Source of the DNA: Polyangiaceae bacterium
GTDB lineage: Bacteria; Myxococcota_A; Polyangia; Polyangiales; Polyangiaceae
Length of the DNA stretch: 64,000 nucleotides
Assembly (NCBI GenBank): GCA_033763455.1
Contig: JANRKO010000006.1
Coordinates: 640,001 to 704,000 of the forward strand
Direction: 5' to 3'
Part shown: piece after piece, positions 19,587 to 29,143 of the stretch
How positions within the stretch are numbered: position 1 is the stretch's first letter
Layout of the letters: each line of letters starts with the position of its first letter
Translations under genes and position numbers: made by a program
The notes under the pieces: generated by a model
What the model saw: the letters and a program-made list of their open reading frames with translations, nothing else
What the model was told of the DNA's origin: nothing
The model's database searches: none

Positions 19587-20072
19587 ATGGCATTCGCCCT
19601 GAGTGCGGAGCGCGAAAAAGAACTGCAGGCGATTCTCGCTCGCTATCCCAACAAGATGGCAGCTTGCATACCTGCACTTCACCTGTGCCAAGAGGCCAAC
19701 GAAAATTACGTGAACGACGATGTCGTCCAGTTCGTGGCGGACAGGCTTGAGCTGTCGGCAGCTCACGTAAAAGGGGTGGTTACCTTCTATACGCTGTTCA
19801 ATCAGCGCAAACCAGGCAAGCACCAGGTGTGGGTTTGTCGGACCCTATCCTGCGCATTACGCGGGTCCGACAAGATCCTCCACCACTGCGAGAAGAAGCT
19901 CGGCATCCACGTCGGGCAGACCACCCCCGATGGGAAGATCACGTTGCGCACGGCCGAATGCCTGGCTTCGTGTGGCTCCGCACCAATGATGCAAGTCGAC
20001 AAAGATTACTTCGAAAATCTGACCATCGAAGACGTCGATCGCGTGCTCGATCGACTGCTCTTGGACGCTTGA
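19587..20072 (+). CDS. nuoE: NADH-quinone oxidoreductase subunit E
   Basis: CRTLSC...CLASC 2Fe-2S ligands; GVVTFYTLF. Confidence 0.96.
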   Translation: MAFALSAEREKELQAILARYPNKMAACIPALHLCQEANENYVNDDVVQFVADRLELSAAHVKGVVTFYTLFNQRKPGKHQVWVCRTLSCALRGSDKILHHCEKKLGIHVGQTTPDGKITLRTAECLASCGSAPMMQVDKDYFENLTIEDVDRVLDRLLLDA

Positions 20073-20087
20073 GCGGTAGAGGATACG

Positions 20088-21434
20088 ATGCTGAAGCAAA
20101 CGACCTACCTCACCCACTCGTACGACAAGCCGAACGGGCACACGCTTGCCACCTATGAGGCCCAGGGTGGCTACCAATCAGCCCGAAAAGCCCTCGGAAT
20201 GACGCGGGACGCGGTGATCGACGAGGCGAAGAAGGCACATGTCCGTGGCCGAGGCGGTGCGGGCTTCGACTGTGGGACGAAGTGGAGCTTCATGCCCAAA
20301 GAATCTGGCAAGCCCCACTATCTCGTGATCAACGCGGATGAAGGGGAGCCGGGAACCTTTAAAGATCGCACTATCATGGAGCGTAATCCACACGCGCTCA
20401 TCGAAGGTTGCATCATTGGTTGCTACGCAATTGGTGCGAACGCTTGCTACATCTACGTACGGGATGAGCTGCATCTTTCGAAGGCCCGCTTGTGGGGCGC
20501 CATCGAGGAAGCTCGTGCCAAAGGTTACCTGGGCAAAACACCATTTGGGAAAGCGTACCCGGTGGAAGTGTACGTGCACACGGGCGCTGGCGCTTACATC
20601 TGCGGCGAGGAAACAGCGCTTTTGAATTCGCTTGAAGGGCGCCGCGGTGAACCCCGCTTAAAGCCGCCCTTCCCGGCGCAATACGGCGCGTTTGGTTGCC
20701 CCACCACCGTGAACAACGTGGAAACTATCGCGATTATGCCCACGGTCTTCAAGATCGGTGGGGATGCGTTCAGCCAGTTGAGTGATTTGCACTCCTTCAA
20801 CGACGGCGGAACGCGCCTGTTTGGCGTCAGTGGCCACGTCAAGAAGCCGGGCATCTATGAAGCGTGCGTTGGGCTCACTCTGCGCGAGTTGATTTACGAT
20901 CTTGGTGGAGGGTTGACGGGCGACCGCAAATTGCTCGCGGTAATTCCGGGTGGTTCCTCTTGCCCGGTAATGCGGCCAGACGAAACCGTGAACTTGCCCA
21001 ATGACCCGCGATTCGCTCCTTACAATGGGAAAAGCGTGCTCGATTTGCCGCTCGGTGTGGACACCTTCCGCGGCATTAGCAGCATGCTCGGCACGTGCTG
21101 CGCCATCGTGATGAGCGACGCGGCCGATCCTGTGCTCGCCATCCACAATCTAATGCGTTTCTACCGCCATGAATCGTGCGGCCAGTGCACACCATGCCGC
21201 GAAGGGTGCGGTTGGATTGAGCGGATTCTGGACAAAGTCGTGGCCGGCAAGGCCACCATCGAAGAGCTCAACCAGATCCATGAGATAGCGTCTGACATCA
21301 CGGGCAACACCATTTGCGCTTTCGGCGACGGCGCCGCACAGCCCGCACTTTCCTTCGTACGCAAGTTCCGAAAGGAACTTGAGAACTACATTCTTTCGGG
21401 CGGCTCCTCCCAAACGCGAACGTTGGTAGCATGA
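20088..21434 (+). CDS. nuoF: NADH-quinone oxidoreductase subunit F
   Basis: GRGGAGF, NADEGEPGTFKDR, GAYICGEETAL, ESCGQCTPCREG. Confidence 0.98.
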   Translation: MLKQTTYLTHSYDKPNGHTLATYEAQGGYQSARKALGMTRDAVIDEAKKAHVRGRGGAGFDCGTKWSFMPKESGKPHYLVINADEGEPGTFKDRTIMERNPHALIEGCIIGCYAIGANACYIYVRDELHLSKARLWGAIEEARAKGYLGKTPFGKAYPVEVYVHTGAGAYICGEETALLNSLEGRRGEPRLKPPFPAQYGAFGCPTTVNNVETIAIMPTVFKIGGDAFSQLSDLHSFNDGGTRLFGVSGHVKKPGIYEACVGLTLRELIYDLGGGLTGDRKLLAVIPGGSSCPVMRPDETVNLPNDPRFAPYNGKSVLDLPLGVDTFRGISSMLGTCCAIVMSDAADPVLAIHNLMRFYRHESCGQCTPCREGCGWIERILDKVVAGKATIEELNQIHEIASDITGNTICAFGDGAAQPALSFVRKFRKELENYILSGGSSQTRTLVA

Positions 21435-22051
21435 CACCTGGTGCTTTATTCTTCTCGATCTGTAGCGTCGTGTGCCTGGTCGGTGCGCTCGTTACGATTC
21501 TGGCTCAGAACCCGATCCGCGGTGCCATGGGCTTGCTCACCACCATTGCCGGCATTGCGGGCCTCTACCTTGCGCTCCAGGCCCAATTTCTTGCCGCTAT
21601 TCAGCTGATTGTCTACGCGGGCGCTGTTGTTGTTCTGTTCGTGATGGTCATCATGCTCCTCGGGCCCATGGCTGGGGCCGGGCGCGTGGGTCAGGAGCCA
21701 CGCGCGCGTTACGCGCCACTATTCAGCTCCGTGGTGCTGTTGGGCATTATGGCGTACGCCATGTGGTTGGTTGGTGGCGCGCCCAGCAAGCCTACGGAGT
21801 ATGCTACCCCGCCTGCAGGTTACGGTTCTATTGAGGGGGTCGGAAAGCTTCTGTTCACCGAGGGGATGGCCGCATTCGAACTCACCACGGCCCTTCTGAT
21901 CGTGGCTGTGGTTGGTGCCATCGCTGTTGCCCGTTCGGTGCCGAGCAAGAAGCGCCCAGCGAAGATCAGTAGTGCAACACGTCGCCTGTTTCGGGGACCG
22001 GTGCACCCGCGCGATGGTGCGCGCCCACTTTTGAAGGAGCCCACTCAATGA
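21431..22051 (+). CDS. nuoJ: NADH-quinone oxidoreductase subunit J
   Basis: AQFLAAIQLIVYAGAVVVLF; overlaps the nuoF stop. Confidence 0.95.
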   Translation: MTPGALFFSICSVVCLVGALVTILAQNPIRGAMGLLTTIAGIAGLYLALQAQFLAAIQLIVYAGAVVVLFVMVIMLLGPMAGAGRVGQEPRARYAPLFSSVVLLGIMAYAMWLVGGAPSKPTEYATPPAGYGSIEGVGKLLFTEGMAAFELTTALLIVAVVGAIAVARSVPSKKRPAKISSATRRLFRGPVHPRDGARPLLKEPTQ

Positions 22052-22365
22052 TGGCCTTGGGAAGCGTGCTGGAGCACTACGTATTTCTAGCGACCCTCTT
22101 GTTCACGTTGGGCGGGGTGGGGTTCCTGTTGCGGCGGAACATCATTGTGCAGCTCATGAGCATTGAGCTCATGCTAAATGCCGTAAATTTGCTGCTGATC
22201 GCGTACAACCGGCACCACTCAGGGTCGTTGCACGGTCAGATGTTCGCTTTCTTCATCATCGCCGTCGCCGCTGCGGAAGCATCCGTAGGTCTCGCGATTG
22301 TGCTTTCTCTCTATCGGCTGAAGTCCACCATCTCAAGCGATGAGGCGGATTCTCTTCGTCACTAG
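22048..22365 (+). CDS. nuoK: NADH-quinone oxidoreductase subunit K
   Basis: RRNII..LMSIELMLNAVN; VAAAEASVGLA. Confidence 0.96.
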   Translation: MMALGSVLEHYVFLATLLFTLGGVGFLLRRNIIVQLMSIELMLNAVNLLLIAYNRHHSGSLHGQMFAFFIIAVAAAEASVGLAIVLSLYRLKSTISSDEADSLRH

Positions 22366-22371
22366 GTCGAC

Positions 22372-24963
22372 ATGGATACGCTTAGGCTGCTTTTTCCGCC
22401 CAACAGTTTCATTCTTCTGGCCTTCATCTTAGGGCTGCCGTTGCTCGGCGCGTTCATCAACGGCGTTTTCGGGAAACGGCTCGGCAAACAGGCCGTTTCG
22501 ATCGCCGGCCTAGCAGCAGTGGGGGTGCCCTTTCTGATGAGCGTGGTGGCATTTGTGATGCTCCACGCGACGCAAAAAGGCGAAGAGCCGGCGCGGTTCG
22601 TGTGGACAGCGTGGCGTTGGCTTAACCTAGCCCGCCTCAACGGGGACGGTGAGATGGCCGTGCCGCTGGACGTCGCGTTCTCCATCGACGCGTTGAGCGG
22701 CACGATGGCGCTCATCATTACGGGCATTGGCTTTCTTATCCACCTGTACTCGACGAAGTACATGGAAGAAGACCCTGGGTTTCACCGCTTTTTTGCCTAC
22801 CTGAACCTCTTCATCTTCTCGATGCTGGTGCTGGTCCTCGGCGACAGCCTGCCGGTGCTCTTTGTGGGTTGGGAAGGCGTGGGCCTCTGCAGCTACTTAC
22901 TGATCGGCTTTTGGTTTACCGAACAAAAGAATGCCGCGGCTGGTAAGAAAGCCTTCATCACGAACCGCATTGGCGATTTCGGCCTGCTTGTCGCTATGGG
23001 GCTGCTGCTCTATTACACAGGCGCCCTCGATTGGGCGGGCATGGATGCCAAGCGCACGGCGCTCCTCGGCCAGCAGCAGATCTGGCCGCTCGTGGGCGAT
23101 CAGATCTGGTTTGCTCATTTTCTTCCGGATGGCCTAGCTGAGTGGTTGAGCAAGCCGCGCTACGTGTCTCCCGCCACGCTCGTGGGGCTCGCTCTTTTCC
23201 TTGGTTGTGCCGGCAAGAGCGCGCAGTTTCCTCTCTATGTTTGGCTTCCGGATGCGATGGCCGGGCCGACCCCGGTGAGCGCATTGATTCACGCCGCAAC
23301 GATGGTAACGGCGGGGATCTACCTGGTGTGCCGTATGGCCAGCATTTTCGTGCTGTCGCCTACCGCGATGATGGTCGTGGCTCTAGTCGGAGCATTTACG
23401 GCGTTTTTCGCAGCGACGATCGCGTTTGCCCAGAATGACATTAAGAAGGTTTTGGCCTATTCGACGGTCAGCCAGCTTGGCTACATGTTCATGGGCGTGG
23501 GTGTCGGCGCATTTTCAGCGGGCTTCTTCCATGTGATGACGCACGCTTTCTTCAAGGCCTGTTTGTTTCTGGGTTCCGGCTCGGTGATCCACGCCATGCA
23601 TGCGCGTATTCACAATTCAGACGCCTCCCAGGATATGCGCAACATGGGTGGCCTGAAGCGCTTCATGCCGATCACGTTCGCTACGTTTGCAGTGTCTTGG
23701 GCGGCGATTGTCGGCTTTCCGTTGACGAGCGGCTTCTTCTCCAAAGACGAAATCCTGTTCAAGACGTATACGTCCTATATAGTTGGAGTCGGCGCGACCG
23801 ACGAGTCTGCGTGGCCGCGCTGGGTGTCTCTCGTTGTGTTTGGGTTGGCCGTGATGGGCGCCGCGATGACGGCTTTCTACATGACACGCTTGGTAGTCGG
23901 AACGTTCTTCGGGGAGTTCCGCGGCTGGACCATCGTCAAGGGATTCCAGTCAGCGCACGGTCATGATGACCACACCCATGGTGATCACGCGCACGACGCG
24001 CATGCTTCGGCGCACGATCACCTGCACGCTGTGCAGGACGCCCATGGGCACGACGATCACCACGGCCACGAGCACAACCATGGCCCCATGGAGGGCCCCG
24101 AGCCTCACGAGTCCCCGTGGCAAATGACGTTGCCGTTGGTCATTCTTGCGGCTCTGGCGCTCATTGGTGGTGCCCTCAACGCCAACGCGGTGGGTTTCCA
24201 CTGGTTGGATACCTGGCTCGATCCCGTGTTCGCGACGGCGAAGAATTCGGTGAAGAGCATTGAAGGTGCTGAGCACTTGCACCACACGCTGTTGATTCCA
24301 GGTTTGCTCGCGTTCACGTTGGGCGTGGGCGCCGCATATTGGGTCTACGTGATGCAGAAGGGGGACCCTGCTCGGCGCCTCACTGAGCAATTTCCACGGC
24401 TTCATCAGTGGGCCGTGGAGAAGTGGCGCGTCGATGAGCTGTACGAAGAAACCGTGCTAGGTGCCGTGGATACGCTCGCCGAAATCGCGGTGTGGGTCGA
24501 CAAGTACGTGGTCGACGGCATCGTAGCTCGTTTAACCTCCGGCGTGGTGGCCTTCTCAGGTTACGTGCTTCGGCAGTTTCAGACCGGCAGGGTTCAAACC
24601 TATGCAGCAGTCATGGTGATTGGTCTCGGTGCCGTAGGCTGGCATTTCGTCGTGCCTCACACGGAAGTCCTCACGAAAGTCTCGCCTTCGGGCGACAAAG
24701 AGCTCCAGGCTCCGACTGGGTTTGGCTACTCGTATGAGTGGGACAAAAATGGCGACGGTAAGGTGGATTCTACTGCCCGAACTCTCCAACTCACGTCGAC
24801 GGAGGCAGGCTCCACCGTACGCCTCCGGGTAACGAATGTTTTTGGTACGATGCGCGAACGGGAAATTAAGCCGCCCGCGGCGGACGGTACGCTCACCCTG
24901 CGTTCCACTCCGTCCGTGACGGGCATCCGGCCCTCAACATTGATCGGGGAGGGAGCGCGATGA
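22372..24963 (+). CDS. nuoL: NADH-quinone oxidoreductase subunit L (His-rich loop, C-terminal extension)
   Basis: GWEGVGLCSYLLIGFW, GKSAQFPLYVWLPDAMAGPTPVSALIHAATMV, HAFFKACLFL. Confidence 0.97.
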   Translation: MDTLRLLFPPNSFILLAFILGLPLLGAFINGVFGKRLGKQAVSIAGLAAVGVPFLMSVVAFVMLHATQKGEEPARFVWTAWRWLNLARLNGDGEMAVPLDVAFSIDALSGTMALIITGIGFLIHLYSTKYMEEDPGFHRFFAYLNLFIFSMLVLVLGDSLPVLFVGWEGVGLCSYLLIGFWFTEQKNAAAGKKAFITNRIGDFGLLVAMGLLLYYTGALDWAGMDAKRTALLGQQQIWPLVGDQIWFAHFLPDGLAEWLSKPRYVSPATLVGLALFLGCAGKSAQFPLYVWLPDAMAGPTPVSALIHAATMVTAGIYLVCRMASIFVLSPTAMMVVALVGAFTAFFAATIAFAQNDIKKVLAYSTVSQLGYMFMGVGVGAFSAGFFHVMTHAFFKACLFLGSGSVIHAMHARIHNSDASQDMRNMGGLKRFMPITFATFAVSWAAIVGFPLTSGFFSKDEILFKTYTSYIVGVGATDESAWPRWVSLVVFGLAVMGAAMTAFYMTRLVVGTFFGEFRGWTIVKGFQSAHGHDDHTHGDHAHDAHASAHDHLHAVQDAHGHDDHHGHEHNHGPMEGPEPHESPWQMTLPLVILAALALIGGALNANAVGFHWLDTWLDPVFATAKNSVKSIEGAEHLHHTLLIPGLLAFTLGVGAAYWVYVMQKGDPARRLTEQFPRLHQWAVEKWRVDELYEETVLGAVDTLAEIAVWVDKYVVDGIVARLTSGVVAFSGYVLRQFQTGRVQTYAAVMVIGLGAVGWHFVVPHTEVLTKVSPSGDKELQAPTGFGYSYEWDKNGDGKVDSTARTLQLTSTEAGSTVRLRVTNVFGTMREREIKPPAADGTLTLRSTPSVTGIRPSTLIGEGAR

Positions 24964-26834
24964 ACCCACTAGCGAACCTCTTTTTCGAGAGTTTCATCTA
25001 TCTTGCCGCCTTTGCAGTTGGTGCTGCGATCCCCCGTCGGCACGCGTGGTTCGAACGCCTATCCATTGGCATTGTGGGCGCCCTCGCTGTGTTGCTCATC
25101 AAGGGCCTGTGGCCGAGCGCGGAAGCTGCGCCCGAGCAAGCTGCCACCGAGTGGAAACACCTGCTGGATTTCGTTGTCTTCTTCCCAATCTTCTCGGCCA
25201 TCGCGGTCCTCTTTTTGCCGCGCCAATCGCCACAGTTGCTTAAGCGCTTCACGCTCGGCGTGTTAGCCATAAACGGCTTGGTGTCGCTGTTGCTGCTCAA
25301 AGTCCCGATGAGCCAGGGCTGGCACTTTCAGCACGTGGTGGAGTGGGTCCCAAGCCTGGGCATTCGCTACCACGTCGCGGTAGATGGCGTGAGCTTGTGG
25401 CTGGTGCTGCTGTCAGCCCTTACTACGCCGATTGCGGCCTACGTTTCGTTCGGGTCCCTTCAAGGGCGAGCCAAAGACCTCTGCTTCTCGTTCCTCCTTC
25501 TTCACGGAGCCATGTTGGGCTGCTTTGTGGCGCTCGATCTGTTCCTTTTCTTCGTGTTCTGGGAGCTTCTATTGGTTCCCATGCTCGTGATGATCGGGGT
25601 TTGGGGCGGCGTTGAGCGCATCAAGGCTGCGTATAAGTTCTTCATCTACACGATGGTAGGCAGCATGCTGATGCTGGCGGCCATCCTGTACCTCGTGTGG
25701 ACGCACACGCAATTAGCCGGGTACCCGTCGTTTGATTACTTGGCTCTGAGCCGGGTGGTGCTCCCGAAGACAGCTTCGATATTCTGCTTTTGGGCGTTCG
25801 CTGCGGCGTTCGTGATCAAGGTGCCGATGGTGCCCTTCCACACCTGGCTGCCGGACGCCCACGTGCAGGCTCCCACCGGCGGCTCGATCGTGCTGGCCGC
25901 AATTTTACTTAAGCTCGGCACCTACGGCTACATTCGCTTCTGTATGGGGCTTTTCCCAAGCCAAGCCTGGATGAACGGCTCCACATTGGCGTACGTAGCC
26001 GTTTGGGGCGGTGTGCTCGGCACGGCGCTAGTGGCCTGGAAGCAGGACGACGTAAAACGTCTGGTGGCCTACTCCTCTGTTGCGCACATGGGCTTTGTTA
26101 TGCTGGGTGTGTTCAGCGCATCGCAGTCGGGCATGGAAGGCGCCATTTTGCAAATGATCAACCACGGCATCTCGACCGGGGCGCTCTTCCTCTTAGTCGG
26201 CGTCATCTATGATCGTCGGCACACGCGTTTGGCGCGTGAGTTCGGCGGCCTTGCCAAAGTGATGCCGGTTTACGCAGTGCTATTCATCATCGTCACGATG
26301 TCGAGCGTGGGCGTGCCCGGTACTAACGGGTTCGTAGGCGAGTTTATGGTGCTCATGGGGACGTTCGTGAGCTACGGGGTTGGTGGTAACGGGTTCCCGC
26401 TGGGAGGCCACGCAAGAGTGCTCGGAGTTACCGCGGCGCTCGGCGTTATCTTGGCGGCTCTCTATATGCTGAGTGTTGTCCAAAAGATGTTCTTTGGGCC
26501 GATCACCAACCAGAAAAACCGCGGGCTTTCTGACATAAACGTGCGCGAAACGGTCGCGGTGGCACCGCTTATCGCACTCATTTTCGTGCTGGGTCTATTC
26601 CCCAATCTGTTCTTGAGCAGAATCACCGAAAGCGTGGCATCCGGCCTCCATCGTTTCCGTACCGGTTTTTCCGCTGAAAGAGCGCACTGGGCTTCGAGCG
26701 TGGATACGCCCCTTTTAGTGCCACGCAGAGGCGGCGCCTTTGAGCAAGGCTACCCAGAACAGCCGGCGCCCAAAGGCGATACGGTGGCTCAGGCTGCCCC
26801 AGTCGCTCCCGCGGCTCCAACGGGGGAACGGTAA
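24960..26834 (+). CDS. nuoM: NADH-quinone oxidoreductase subunit M (N- and C-terminal extensions)
   Basis: FFVFWE, KVPMVPFHTWLPDAHVQAPT, LAAILLKLG, KRLVAYSSVAHMG. Confidence 0.97.
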   Translation: MNPLANLFFESFIYLAAFAVGAAIPRRHAWFERLSIGIVGALAVLLIKGLWPSAEAAPEQAATEWKHLLDFVVFFPIFSAIAVLFLPRQSPQLLKRFTLGVLAINGLVSLLLLKVPMSQGWHFQHVVEWVPSLGIRYHVAVDGVSLWLVLLSALTTPIAAYVSFGSLQGRAKDLCFSFLLLHGAMLGCFVALDLFLFFVFWELLLVPMLVMIGVWGGVERIKAAYKFFIYTMVGSMLMLAAILYLVWTHTQLAGYPSFDYLALSRVVLPKTASIFCFWAFAAAFVIKVPMVPFHTWLPDAHVQAPTGGSIVLAAILLKLGTYGYIRFCMGLFPSQAWMNGSTLAYVAVWGGVLGTALVAWKQDDVKRLVAYSSVAHMGFVMLGVFSASQSGMEGAILQMINHGISTGALFLLVGVIYDRRHTRLAREFGGLAKVMPVYAVLFIIVTMSSVGVPGTNGFVGEFMVLMGTFVSYGVGGNGFPLGGHARVLGVTAALGVILAALYMLSVVQKMFFGPITNQKNRGLSDINVRETVAVAPLIALIFVLGLFPNLFLSRITESVASGLHRFRTGFSAERAHWASSVDTPLLVPRRGGAFEQGYPEQPAPKGDTVAQAAPVAPAAPTGER

Positions 26835-26836
26835 CC

Positions 26837-28372
26837 ATGAACAGTTTGATGTTTGGTCTGTCTCCGATACTTGCAGTTGCCTTAGGCGCACTGTTAATGA
26901 TGCTCGCCGAAGCGTTCGGCAAGCCGGATAAAGACGCGGTGGCAGAGGGCGCGTCTCCGTTGGACGCCGGCGCTGGCCGCTCAAGCGAACTGGCACTCGG
27001 TACGGCCATCGTTTTGTTTGCGGGTGCCGTGTTCTCGATCGCGGTGTGGATGGTTGGGCCGGAGTCGCTTACTGGTTTGAGTAAGGTGGCTCCCTACCTA
27101 TTGGTAGATCGCTTTAGCCTATTTTTCTGCTTTGTCCTGTGCTTGGGTGGCGGTCTCGCAGCCCTGATGGCGGGTGGGTATTTACCCGAGCACAAGCTGG
27201 ATCGAGCGGAGTTCTTCCCGTTGCTCTCGTTTTCCACCGTTGGAGCGATGGCCCTAGCGATGGCTGGGGATCTGCTGACGCTCTTTGTTGCTCTGGAGAC
27301 GATGTCGCTCGGGGTGTATTGCATGGTGGGCTTGCGGCGCCAGAGTCCGCGCGCGATCGAGGCGGCGGTTAAGTACTTCCTCCTTGGCAGCTTTGCCGCA
27401 GCGCTGATGTTGTTCGGCGGCGCTCTACTTTATGGGGCCACTGGGCACACGGATCTGAAGGGTATTGGTGAGGCCATCGCGGGGCTCGGGGCGAATGGCA
27501 CCGGCGCAGCGGTTCTTCCGGCTCTTGCTTTGTGTGTCGTAGGGCTCGCGTTCAAGGTGAGCGCGGTTCCGTTCCACATGTGGACGCCTGACGCTTACGA
27601 GGGGGCGCCTACGCCCGCCACGAGTTACATGGCCGTAGCGGTCAAATGCGCCGCATTTGCCACCATGTTGCGCATGCTGGTGATGGCATTTGGAGACGAG
27701 CGCTTGATGAGCTGGGCTTCGGGCTGGCCGCCAGCTATGGCCGCCATGGCTGTGGCCTCCATGACTATCGCTAACGTTATCGCTGGGCGCCAAGAGTCCG
27801 TGAAACGCATGTTGGCGTATTCTTCGATCGCTCATGCCGGCTACGTACTGGTTGGGATCGCGGCGTTGCAGCGGGCCGGCCAGGCCGAGGCGAGTGTGCT
27901 CTTTTATCTGCTCGCTTACGCAGTCTCCACGGCTGGTGCTTTTGGCGCGCTGATTTGGGCTGGCCGCCGTGGTGCTGAAGCCGTAAGCTTTGACGATCTT
28001 GCTGGCCTCGGGAAACGTCACCCTGCAGTGGCGCTGGCGTTTTCGCTCTTCTTGCTTTCCCTCGCAGGGGTTCCACCTACTGCAGGATTCTTTGGGAAGA
28101 TGTACGTCTTCCAGGCTGCCATCGAAGCCAAGCTGTATTACCTGGCGGTTATTGGCCTCCTCAACAGCGTGCTCGGTGCGTACTACTACCTGAAAGTCCT
28201 GGTTTACATGTACATGCGTGAGCCTCAGGCCGGTGCGGCATTTGCGACCCCCATGCGTTCGGGTTACGTCGTGTCGGCGCTGGTGATTTCAGCCGTGATG
28301 GTGCTGGTTATCGGGATCTTGCCCGATTGGTCACTCCAGATGGCTTTGGCCGCGGTTCAAGGTCACAGCTGA
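26837..28372 (+). CDS. nuoN: NADH-quinone oxidoreductase subunit N
   Basis: EAAVKYFLLG, FKVSAVPFHMWTPDAYEGAPTP, KRMLAYSSIAHAGY. Confidence 0.97.
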   Translation: MNSLMFGLSPILAVALGALLMMLAEAFGKPDKDAVAEGASPLDAGAGRSSELALGTAIVLFAGAVFSIAVWMVGPESLTGLSKVAPYLLVDRFSLFFCFVLCLGGGLAALMAGGYLPEHKLDRAEFFPLLSFSTVGAMALAMAGDLLTLFVALETMSLGVYCMVGLRRQSPRAIEAAVKYFLLGSFAAALMLFGGALLYGATGHTDLKGIGEAIAGLGANGTGAAVLPALALCVVGLAFKVSAVPFHMWTPDAYEGAPTPATSYMAVAVKCAAFATMLRMLVMAFGDERLMSWASGWPPAMAAMAVASMTIANVIAGRQESVKRMLAYSSIAHAGYVLVGIAALQRAGQAEASVLFYLLAYAVSTAGAFGALIWAGRRGAEAVSFDDLAGLGKRHPAVALAFSLFLLSLAGVPPTAGFFGKMYVFQAAIEAKLYYLAVIGLLNSVLGAYYYLKVLVYMYMREPQAGAAFATPMRSGYVVSALVISAVMVLVIGILPDWSLQMALAAVQGHS

Positions 28373-28442
28373 TTCGCGCCACGCGCTCACACTGGCGCCT
28401 TGCGGAGGTGCTGAAACAATTGGGCCCTGCCGTTGTTCGCTC

Positions 28443-29009
28443 CTAGTTGGTGACGCGAACGTCTAGCCCTTCAGCGTAGCTGCCATCCACTAGCCGTGGG
28501 GCATATACAAGCCGAAACTCACGAACGCTCTCCGGCACCACGAAGTTCAGCCAGCCTTTTGCCGTCTTCCCCTTCGTCAGCGGCGGAGCTTCGAAAACTG
28601 GGTCGCAGCCCGATAGCACCGCGGGGTATCTGCGTTCGTCCCGATCCACGAGGCTGGCATAGTAACGATTGACAGCGATCCCAAAGTCGCTGAGCGCCAG
28701 AAGCTCCACTTCTACGGAGAGCGGGGTCAGACCCGGGGGAAGTACTTGATCACCAGCGCCACTGCAGCGTCCCTGATTCTGCACGGTCAGCTGCGCGACT
28801 GTCCCAACAGCAGCGGGGGGGGCCTGAAATGGCCGTTCACGAGGGTTCGTGCCGAGCTTTGCGAGGGCCGGGACGACTTCAACTTGGGCGTTTTCAACGA
28901 TTTGGCGGAAACGTCGGCGCGGATTGTCGCAGCCGAGCGAGGAGCTGCCGGCCACCCAAGCACTTAGCAGGCAAGCCAAGGAGGCAAGTTTTCGAGGGGG
29001 CAGGACCAT
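28443..29009 (-). CDS. Lipoprotein with DUF4352-like Ig fold
   Basis: SLGC lipobox; LTKGKTAKGWLNFVVP..LVYAP pattern. Confidence 0.55.
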   Translation of the reverse strand: MVLPPRKLASLACLLSAWVAGSSSLGCDNPRRRFRQIVENAQVEVVPALAKLGTNPRERPFQAPPAAVGTVAQLTVQNQGRCSGAGDQVLPPGLTPLSVEVELLALSDFGIAVNRYYASLVDRDERRYPAVLSGCDPVFEAPPLTKGKTAKGWLNFVVPESVREFRLVYAPRLVDGSYAEGLDVRVTN

Positions 29010-29143
29010 GGTCCTGTGAGCTTACCCGAAAGGGCAACAAGGCAAAGAAAGTGGCGATCTTCGGCGAGGCACGTGCCTTGTACACCTGAACGCACTCTTT
29101 GGTGCCAGGCATGTGTGGATGGTTTTGCTATAACCGCCACCGC

